Origin: Obrimoposthia wandeli
Lineage: Eukaryota
DNA length: 64,000 nt
Reading direction: 5' to 3'
Assembly (NCBI GenBank): GCA_977020255.1
Contig: CDROCS010001008.1
Span: 62,001-126,000 of the forward strand
A program made the position numbers and the translations under genes. Of the stretch, positions 1 through 9,200 are shown piece after piece (positions within the stretch are counted from its first letter, which is position 1; the number at the start of each line of letters is the position of its first letter). A model generated the notes under the pieces. It saw only the letters and a list, made by a program, of their open reading frames with translations, was not told where the DNA came from and did no database searches.

Positions 1-3000
1 GGTTCCATCGTGGTACTGGATCATTACTGCTGTTTTCAATGACTTCGGAATTACTACTACTATCTTTCCGACATTGTCGACAATATACAAGATTCCTTCT
101 TTTATTGAGTATTTTTTCGTCATTTCATCGTTTAGATCTCCTTTCACCAACAATTCTTTGATTAGACTCAGTTCTTCATCTTCTTTCTGTTCTTTGATGA
201 TCTCTTTGTCTATTTTACCCGTCTTCAGCAAAATCGTCAGTAGATTTGCTTCTCCTTTTTGGTCATTGGTTTCATCTTGTTCTTCCTCTGGAATTATGTT
301 TCCTTTCTCATCTATATTTGTCAATCTCGATAAACAATCTGCGTTGCCATTCGACTTTCCGGTTCTATAACGGATTTCTAGATCGAATTCGGCCAATTTT
401 AGAAACCATCTGTTTAATCTACTCATCTCATCTCTATGTTTATATAAGAACTGTAGTGGTTTGTGATCTGTATACAGGAATACTTTTTGTCCTAGCAAGT
501 AGTGTCTGTACTGTCTACATGAATACACTATGGCTAGACATTCCTTTTCAATAACAGAGTATCCTCTTTCGGCTCTGTTTAATCCTCTACTCGCATACGC
601 GATGACGTGTTCTCTTCCTTCGTCATCCTCTTGTCCCAATACTGCTCCTACAGCATAGTTACTTGCATCTGTCATGAGTATGAATTGTCGGTTTATATCT
701 GGAAACGCTAATATTGGTGCTTTTATCAGTCTTTCTTTTAAATGCTCGAACACTTGTTGGGCTTCTTCTCCCCATATGAACTTCTCATCTTTTCTCGTCA
801 ACTTTCTCAATGGTGTTGTTATATCTGAAAAATGTTCAACAAATCGTCTATAATAATTCGCAAGACCTAAAAAACTCTGTATCTCCTTAACAGTCTTTGG
901 CGCTAAATGCGCTTTTACTTTCTCGATCTTTGCCGGATCAGGTCGAATGCCTTCTTTCGATACTATATGTCCTAAAAATGTTACTCGCTCTTTAGCCCAT
1001 TCGCATTTTGTAGGTTTAACTTTTAATTTAGCGTTTTCCAGTCTTTTAAATACAACTTCAAGATTTTTTAAATGTTCTTCGAACGTTTTCGAAAATATTA
1101 TTATGTCATCGATATAAACCATCGTGTTTGCACACGATGCGAGTACAAAATTCATGCAACGCTGAAATGTTGCTGGAGCTCCTGTCAGTCCGAATGGCAT
1201 CTTTTCGCATTCGTATAATCCATCTCCGCAGGAAAAGGCTGTTTTGTGTTTATCCTCTTCCTCTATCTCGATTTGCCAGTATCCACTCTGCAAATCTAAT
1301 GTTGTAAAATAATCTGAATTACCCAATTTATCGAGCATCTCTTCGATTCTAGGTAATGGATACACATCTTTTCTTGTGATCTTGTTCAGTTCTCTGAAAT
1401 CTATACAGAATCTCATTTTCCCATCCTTCTTTTTTACCAACACCACAGGTGCTGAGAATGGTGAAAAACTTGGTCTAATTACTCCTGTTTTAGACATGTC
1501 TTCAATCTGACTTTTTACTTCATCTTGTAACTGTAATGGTACTCGATATGGTCTTCTTCTGACTACTTTGTCTTCTGTCAGTGGTATTGTATGTTTTATG
1601 ACAGGTGTTTCTCCTATGTCATATGGATTTTTTGCAATTACTTTCGGAAATTTATGTATTAGATCAAGTAATTGTTTCTTTTCTCTAGTTGTCAATCTTT
1701 CTGATTGGATTACTATTTCTTCGTAATCATTCGTATCTTTATCGAGTTTCATAGCACACACGGTGGGATTCTCCATCTGTGCTATCTTTCCCAACCTCAT
1801 TCCTCTGTATAATAGAATGTCATTGTTGGTTGTATTCATCAGTCTAACTGGTATTTTGTGGTTTTCGATCAGACATACTGTACTCACAACTGGTAATTCG
1901 TATTTCTCTATGAAATCTTGTGATGGTTCGAACACAACTGGTCCTTTATCTTCTGATAATGTGTGACCTTGAATGAGAAATTGTGATCTTTTACCGATTT
2001 TTATAGGATTCTCTATAATTACATCAATTTGGTTTATTTGTCTGTTTGATGTGCTATCCTTCAATCTCGGATCTTGTAAATCAATACTTATCCCTTTAAG
2101 TTGTGATAGTACATCCATTCCTAAAATTGTAGGTTCAGGACATTCTTTCATGATTCTAACTGGTATAGTGATCGTATTACGTCCAATTATAAATGTACAT
2201 GGTAATATTCCCGTCACTTTAACAGGGTCTCCATTGACCGATACCAAGAATTCATCTGGTTCTGCCATTGTTCGTTTCTGTTCTTCTGTCAAACAGTCTT
2301 CACTTACTATCGAAGCTACATCACCTGTATCAATTAAGGCTTTTACTCTTAAATTATTTACTCTAATGATAGCTGCTGGTCGCTGTGCTCCATTTATATT
2401 TCCCATATGGTATATTGTATTTATCGAATTATTACACTCTGTCGGTCCACTTCCTTTGTTTGGATAGTGAAATCTAATGTTTCTCACTTGTCGATCTATT
2501 ATTCTTCGACAAATCGGACATGATACCATTTCATTCGCACATCTCCGACATGTTCTTACATGTCCGCATGGTAGAAAGGCAACTTCTATTTTGTTGACCA
2601 TGTAAACTGCACATTCCGGATCTTCTAGTACGTATTCTAGTTCATTTATGTACTCTTTCTCTTTTGTTTCAATTGTACTGTCATCTTTATCTTTTAGTAA
2701 TTCAAAAATTGATCCGTATCCATTTCGCGTAGTTTTTATTTTTAATTCTACCAAATCTCTGATTCTTTCTGCTTCTTTTGGATATAACCTTCTCACGAAT
2801 GACACTACTGGTGTGTCTTGTTGAGCCAAAATCTCTTTCCGTGTGATTTGGTATTCGATTATACATTCGGTTTTCTGTTCTTTTTGCTTTATTTTGTTTT
2901 TAAAAGTACAAAATTCGCAAAATTCATGATGTAAAATTTTCTTAGGTAGCTCAAGAGTATATCTGTCGTTAATTCGTTCTTTTTTACACTTGTGGCATTT

Positions 3001-3681
3001 AATTACGTCTTTACCATCCTTTTTTATAGCAAAAAGTCCCTTTTTTGTCAATTTTTTAAGTCTTGGATCTTCGAAAGTTATTTCTCGATACTGTTCGTCA
3101 CATTCGTTCACTTCTCGCATAACTTCGAATATATCTTCAATTCGGCTATTTGTTATTACTCTACCTGTTATTAGAGCTGATTTTCCTTTTGGAATCTCGT
3201 CACTGTAATCGAAATCGGGTGCTTTTCCTTTTTGGATTTCTGGTACGTTTGACGTTTTCAGTTTCAAAAGAAATGGACAATTTGGTGCATCTCTTTTATG
3301 ACGTCTCATTGGGTTTTCATTCTTTTCCCACTCTCTAAACTTTACTCTACACCATACGCATCGTACTACTATCTCATGACCATAACTGCTTGTCGCGTTT
3401 AACATTTCTAAACCTGATCTTGCCATTTTACGTGCCATTTCTTTTGAATAGTACAGTTCTAATATATTTCGTCTCTTTTTCTCGAATCTCATGGGATCCT
3501 TTTCTGACAGATTCACATATGTTATTTTCCTCCTCGTCATCTCTTGTGGTCCGAGGTTTACGTTTTTGTAGTGAAGTATCGACTTTACTAGCGCTTCCTG
3601 TTTTTTGTCTTGGTACGAATTTCCCATACGGAACGTAGTGTATTTTTCCTTTTCGACATTTTTATCTCTCTCACTGAACTG
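1..3681 (-). CDS. pol: ORF2/Pol polyprotein: BIR-BIR-UBA-RING-protease-RT-RNase H-(integrase start); open at the window edge
   Basis: I translated it codon by codon from 3681 (after TGA 3682-3684) to base 1 with no stop (1227 codons). First ATG is at 3627. It is in the -1 frame relative to ORF1 and overlaps it at 3588-3681. It ends ...VVIPKSLKTAVMIQYHDGT, the start of the integrase Zn-binding region. Confidence 0.96.
324..684 (-). other. RNase H domain
   Basis: FILMTDASNYAVGAVLGQ...AYASR...YSVIEKECLAIV...YTDHKPL...NGNADCLSRL. Confidence 0.97.
841..1551 (-). other. Reverse transcriptase domain
   Basis: PYRVP...SPFSAPVVLVKKKDG...YIDD (1105-1116)...FLGHIVSKEGIRPDP...FLGLANYYRRF. Confidence 0.98.
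2085..2385 (-). other. Retropepsin aspartic protease 2 (in Pol)
   Basis: VKALIDTGDVASIVSE (DTG 2323-2331)...VSVNG...PTILGMDVL. Confidence 0.92.
2497..2613 (-). other. IAP-type RING finger (second Cys replaced by Tyr)
   Basis: CAVYMVNKIEVAFLPCGHVRTCRRCANEMVSCPICRRII matches the IAP RING pattern CxxC(M)xxxIxVxFxPCGHxxxCxxCAxxxxxCPICR. TAC at 2602-2604 stands where TGC is expected. Confidence 0.93.
2689..2820 (-). other. IAP-type UBA domain
   Basis: QDTPVVSFVRRLYPKEAERIRDLVELKIKTTRNGYGSIFELL resembles the cIAP UBA as I recall it (NTPVV...KILTTGENYKTV). It lies between BIR and RING, as in XIAP/cIAP. Confidence 0.7.
2905..3099 (-). other. BIR domain 2 (divergent)
   Basis: YREITFEDPRLKKLTKKGLFAIKKDGKDVIKCHKC...LHHEFCEFC: RxxTF, G-aromatic, DxxxCxxC, C-x2-C-x18-H-x6-C. 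Confidence 0.7.
3268..3492 (-). other. BIR domain 1
   Basis: KMARSG...VVRCVWCRVKFREWEKNENPMRRHKRDAPNCPFL has the exact canonical C-x2-C-x16-H-x6-C spacing, plus W and the terminal PxCPF. Confidence 0.92.
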
Positions 3682-5042
3682 TCATTCTTATAACTCTTGT
3701 TGTTTGGTAATATAATTATTCCTTCAAACATTCTTATTACGTCCATCCCAATCATGACTGGACTTCCGCAATCTGTGAATATTCTAGCATTTAACTGTAA
3801 TGCTCTTCCATCGATATTTAATGAACATTTCAGTGTTCCTTCCGACACTACATCTGTACCATTCACGTTAACAAATGTCTGTTTTCTAGGACATACTTCT
3901 CTTAATTCTTTTGATGACAAGATTTCTTTACTCAGTACTGATACTGCAGATCCAGTATCAACTTCGGCAAGATATTCTCTTCCGTTCAATGTTACTGCTA
4001 CTTGTGGTGGAGCATTTGGATTCTCATTTGATATCCTAGATTTCAGAATTCTTCTGGAATTATCTTTTTTGTCTTTTTCCTCTGCTTGTGGAATCTCACT
4101 GTAGCTCACTTTAGGCCATCTTATCATTAAGATGCCTCTCTTGAACTTTTCCTTCTCTTCCTTTAGTTCCTTCATTGGGTATAGGTTTAACGCCACTTCT
4201 TCCTTGTCTGGTAACGGAATCTTTGGTTTTCCTGGTATCTTTGCATATACTCCTGGGCTATCATTATCGTCGTCGTCTCGATAGTTTCTTGGTTCTCGCA
4301 TCATGGTTCTCGTTTGATGTTGCTTCTTCTTGAGGGCTCGCAACTCGTTCTCGTGATGATGGTGCATTAGATATTTTGCTAAAAATGGAAAACATCCAAT
4401 TATAAGTTGCCAGGTGATTCCGGTTATCCTGTATAAACTATACGTAGACAACACCTGGGCTATAATTACCTGTACAAATTTAATTATAACATAAATACCT
4501 ATGATACCCGAAAATAATTGTCCTAAAACAAGGAATTTCCCCCACATCTTTCTAAGTGTCTGATGTGCTGCTTCCTTGAAATGACTTGGTGATAATAACA
4601 TATCAAAATTCGCATATCTAGCTCCTGGTGGTAATGCTCGATGTACCATCTCCGTAAGTACTCTGGCTCTTTTTACTGGAAACATTATTTCGTTCCATGC
4701 CGCTTTTAAATCTTTTTCATTGTACAATCCTGCGTTCTCCATATTTTCTACCGCTTCAAATTTCATTTTACCTTTAAGATTCGTCATTCTTATCATCGCT
4801 GGAGTTTTCGTTGGCTTTCGATCAGGTAGCGTTATCCATAGATCATTCGTCATCTGATATTCAGGTGCCATTATATTAGAGCAGCTGATTTCTTTAGTTG
4901 GAGTGTCTTTTGGAAGTATCATTCTCGTGATTGGTTCAACAAAGAGTTCTTTTAAATTATACGTTACTGCCAATTCACTCGTACATCGATCTGTTTTTCT
5001 CAACTGTACCTCTACTTTATTACACTTGTAAGTATACAACAC
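3588..5042 (-). CDS. ORF1 C-terminal part: glycoprotein C-half, TM, cytoplasmic tail, protease 1 (in frame with 5043-9875 across one TAG)
   Basis: Same frame as the upstream ORF (ATG GGA TAG GTG TTG). TM/amphipathic segment MWGKFLVLGQLFSGIIGIYVIIKFVQVIIAQV (about 4365-4547). Protease motif LAEVDTGSAVS...VMIGMDVI. Confidence 0.9.
   Translation of the reverse strand: MLYTYKCNKVEVQLRKTDRCTSELAVTYNLKELFVEPITRMILPKDTPTKEISCSNIMAPEYQMTNDLWITLPDRKPTKTPAMIRMTNLKGKMKFEAVENMENAGLYNEKDLKAAWNEIMFPVKRARVLTEMVHRALPPGARYANFDMLLSPSHFKEAAHQTLRKMWGKFLVLGQLFSGIIGIYVIIKFVQVIIAQVLSTYSLYRITGITWQLIIGCFPFLAKYLMHHHHENELRALKKKQHQTRTMMREPRNYRDDDDNDSPGVYAKIPGKPKIPLPDKEEVALNLYPMKELKEEKEKFKRGILMIRWPKVSYSEIPQAEEKDKKDNSRRILKSRISNENPNAPPQVAVTLNGREYLAEVDTGSAVSVLSKEILSSKELREVCPRKQTFVNVNGTDVVSEGTLKCSLNIDGRALQLNARIFTDCGSPVMIGMDVIRMFEGIIILPNNKSYKNDSSVREIKMSKRKNTLRSVWEIRTKTKNRKR
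3600..3606 (-). promoter_or_regulatory. Putative -1 ribosomal frameshift slippery heptamer A_AAA_AAC
   Basis: ORF1-frame codons ACA AAA AAC AGG AAG CGC TAG. It has X_XXY_YYZ form in the correct phase, three codons before the ORF1 stop, and the -1 frame is Pol. Confidence 0.75.
3725..4010 (-). other. Retropepsin aspartic protease 1 (end of ORF1)
   Basis: PQVAVTLNGREYLAEVDTGSAVSVLS (DTG 3951-3959)...VNVNG...SPVMIGMDVI. Confidence 0.92.
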
Positions 5043-6218
5043 CTATCCCATGGTTTTAGCAAATACTCCTTCATCCAAGGGTAATAATGGTGCTACCATG
5101 TCTGGATTCGTAATAGCTAATACTAGCTTTGTTCTTACGATCTCTTTGTTTAGCTGGCAATCTCTTTCGATCATCATCCGATATAACTGTTCCATTTGCA
5201 TCAATCCTTTATGATAATAGAAATCAATTTTATTATTAAAATACGTGTGTAGCTGCATATCTCTAGGTTTTAGCTCGGTTTCTGCCAATGCTATTGCTTC
5301 TTTGGACAAAACTATTCCAGGATAGTTTGTAGTACTAACAGTCATTCCGCATCGCGCTTTGTTTCTCTTTTTAATAAATATCAATCCTTCTTCTATTGAT
5401 GTTGCCATTAACAGTGTAGGTGTCTTTGTCATTGGAATTGGTCTTGCTTCATTTAGCAATCCTTTTCCAACTTTATTATACAGGAATCCTTCTCCATCTT
5501 TATTATACAGGAATCCTTTTATTTTGTTAAAGCTAATCTCTTTCAAAAATACTAAAGAGCATTGCTTCGGATTCACGTGATACACAATTGTGGATTCGCC
5601 TGTAAAACAAGATGTATCTGTCATTTTACATTCTGGATACTTCATCATTAGTTGTGTCTTTTTATCAAAATTGGCAGTCCATGTTTTTAATTCAATTTTG
5701 TAAGTTACGTCCATTACTAACTCGGTTACTTTGGTTCCACGCACGTTTTTTGTTCCTCCGTCACAAGATCCATCAGCCCATCGTTGTCCGACTCTCGTGA
5801 CTGTTTCGTATCGTCTTAGTCCAATTTTTACATCAGGTTTGTAATTCTTGTCTACTTCTATTGTTCCCGTTCGAAATGCGTCCTCGCAATCTCTCGGCAA
5901 AACCTTATGTGCTTTGTACGATGTGGTAGGTGTGATTTCCGACATAAAACTTCTATGGCCACAATAGAATTCGTGATAACTTGAATGGATTGAACATTCT
6001 TTCACTTCTACTTGTACTTTATCAACGTCCTGATACACAAAGTAGTTTTCAACATCTTTAACTTCTAATTTTGACGGTTGTGATTCTGGACAGTCTTCGC
6101 TGTCAAGCAGTGAATACTTTTGTCCCATCTTTGGTATGCTACAGTCGTATGCTATCAATCCTGATGCCTGTTGCATTCCCATGAACATTACTAACATCAT
6201 CATCATTGTTGTGGACAT
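4365..6218 (-). other. env: Envelope glycoprotein, chuvirus G / herpes gB-like (class III fusogen), with internal signal peptide
   Basis: Hydrophobic MMMMLVMFMGMQQASG is followed by LIAYDC...SLL...DC, FYCGHRS, DCEDAFRTGTI, DGSCDGG, a Cys-rich ectodomain, DCQLN, KCNKVEV and a C-terminal TM. I recognise these motifs from chuvirus-type glycoproteins; no search was run. Confidence 0.8.
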
Positions 6219-9200
6219 ATTCGGCTGATTGTTTCTCTCTTTCGGACGGTATTGTTTATTTTCTCTTTGACGATTCTCATGACATTGTTCGTCATCGTCT
6301 TCATTCATTTCCACAATGGTTTTAGCGTAGTCACTTAATTTTGCCCAACCTCCGTTTTCGTCAATTCGTCTCTGTAATACATTCTCGATCAAATACATCG
6401 CTTCATTTATTCCTTGTTTGACTTCGTGAGGTTGGCTCATTCGTTCCGTCAATTGGAAACATAGATATGTAATCGCTGTAATTAACTTTTTATTTGTAGT
6501 CTGGTTTCCACACAATCTCGCTAAAACTTCACCGTCATAAAATCTATCTATTGATGCATGGTATACATGATTCGCAGTCATTCTCTTTACTGCAGACATC
6601 TGTGATCTAACTGCTTTAGTCAAATTGTCTGTTATATCGGTTGTTTCATCTCTGTACATTTTGAACAACTTCGGCTTCACTTGTCTGAGAATTCCCGTAA
6701 GTATATCTTTACTACTTGGAGTTTCCGAATTCATATCACCTCTGATATCTTCATTCCGCTCCGTACTATACTGCTCTAATGACGCTGCTAACTGTCCAAT
6801 GCTTAGATGTCTCTCTTCATCAGTTTGTGGTGCAGTTAGAACATTTCGTAATATACTTCCGTCTTTTCTAGGTCTTCCAGGTCCTCTTCGAAAATACTGA
6901 TACTCAGTTTGATTCTCTCCTGGATCATACGGTTCACCATTATACTGTATTTCTTGACTTGGTCCTTCTTCTTGGCCAATCTCTTCATTTTGTCGCATCA
7001 TCTGCTCTGCTTGTCTATCTTTGTATGCAGCATGCCAAATTGGTGAATCTAAATCTACAATTTCGGAGATTTCATCTTCTCCTACTAGTTGGTTTACGTT
7101 TTCGTTTTGTCTCGCTTGGTTAGCTGTATCCGTGACTTCATCTTGTCTGATTTGAATTATATCTGGTTCTGGTGGTACCTCGACCACTGGAGTTGTCAAC
7201 TCATTTTCTAAATTCATGTCTTGTAATTCAGCTACGTACGGTTCTGGTGTGGATGTCTTGTTCCAAGCTTCAGCTACATCATTATCTCCGCTTTCGCTTG
7301 AACTGTCTAAAATTTCTATAGGCGTTTTTATCATTTCTAACGCAGAATTTAATATCTCCGTTAATCCTTCATTATCTACTAACTCTTGACGTCCTACAGT
7401 GATGACATCAATTTTTTCCTCTAATTCATTTCCTATCGGATATCCACACTCGACTGGTACGTCCTCATCATCTAGTGATCTCCCTTTATAATGGAACAAC
7501 ATATTCATTCCATCAATTTCAAGTTTCTCGGCCAACTTTTTCCGAATAGTTTTCATTGTCTGATACACGTTAAGTTTTTCATGTATAATATGTCCGGAAA
7601 TTAATCGAAGTGAAATTTTCATCGTTCCTTTTTGGTTTGATCTCTGTACGTAACGATCATATCCTTTCAATAATCCTCGTGGTACTTCTTTGTAACCCAA
7701 GTTATCATGACTATGTTTAACCAATTCTGCTCGCACTTCTTCCAATCTGTGCACTTTAATTGTTTGCAATTTGGCCAAAACTTCTGGAGCTTCACTCGTT
7801 TCATCTAACGGTTGATTCAACGTCTCCTTAGCTTCACTAATTATCTTTTTTACATTTTCCATACTCGTAGCATTTCTGGCTGCTTCTACATGATCAGTCA
7901 TAGGTTGTGCGTTACACGTTTTCTCTATTGGTGTCTCATACGCTTCTAGTATTTGATTCATTAACTCATTCATCTCTTCTCTCGAGTGTAGACTTTTTTC
8001 TTGTTTCGACAACGTAGATGAATTCGCCATCTTTGTATGTGGTGAATCTTTAATTATTCCCAACATTCGTTCAAATTTACTATCACTATCTTCAAAATCT
8101 ATTTCGCGTCGAAGTTCGGTCTCGCGATTCCTATCGCTGTCATCGCTTACATAACTAAAATTTCCCTTCGGCTTCGGCGAACTCTCACGACTATTTGTCT
8201 TGTCAACATTATTATTATTATATCTACCGGAATTATTATATCTCTCAGCTCCTTGCTGTCCTACATAATTATTGTATCTCTCAGCTCCTTGCTGTCTGTC
8301 TGCATAGTTATTGTATCTACCTGGTGACTGTTGTCTATCTGTATACTGATTATTCGGTCTCCATGGCTGTGGAGTATATCCACCACCTCTATTCCATGGC
8401 GGAGGTGAATTATATCCTCTATAATTATTTCCAAAATTATTATTACCGAAATTATTATTTCCAAATCTGTTAGTTCCGAACTCCTTACTTCTCGTACAAT
8501 CTCTCGAATAGTGACCCATTTGTTTACACGTGTAACACATTATTCTCCCTCGAATATCTATCTTATTTTGTTCATCTTCGAACTGTACTCGACGACTATT
8601 CTGTCTATTATCATAGCGTCCTCTAAAATCATTTCTTCGGAAATTCGATTCAAAACCGCTTCCTCGATTATTGAATCTTCCGTCACTACTTCCTGTATTA
8701 TTTCCAAATCGAGAGTCACTTCGCTCTCCTCTGTTTGCGTTGTAATTCCTATCGTCTCCTCTCCAAGGTTGGCGATTTCCTGAATTATCTCTATTAAATC
8801 TATTCCTGGAATCATCTCTATTTCTATTCCACGAATCATTACCATTTCTACCTCTTGAATCATCTCGATTCCTGTTCCAAGACTCACTATTATTTCTACC
8901 TCTCGAATCATCTCGATTCCTACTTCGGAAATTATCTCTGTTTCCGTTACTGGATTCATCTACTTTTTCAAACTTATTTTGTCCATAATTTCGATTCTGA
9001 AAATTACTCGGTTCTGTTTTATTCACAAATACCTTTGTCTTATCGTCGTCACCTGCAGTCATTGCGTAAATTGCCAATGCTGCGTTATTTTTTATATTTT
9101 TCTCAATCTCTCTCGCCTTTCGCACGGCGTTATCAAAATCATTTGTATCCGATACTGCTAATAACACTTTAATATCTTTTTTCAATCCTCCTCTAAATAT

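Noticed and set aside
2497-3492. A host IAP gene interrupted by or adjacent to the transposon
   Set aside because: It is intronless, has no stop of its own, and is continuous in frame with protease-RT-RNase H inside the element.
1-3681. Classification as a BEL/Pao element because of the chuvirus-like glycoprotein
   Set aside because: The RT and RNase H motifs and the single CCHC knuckle are Ty3/gypsy-type.
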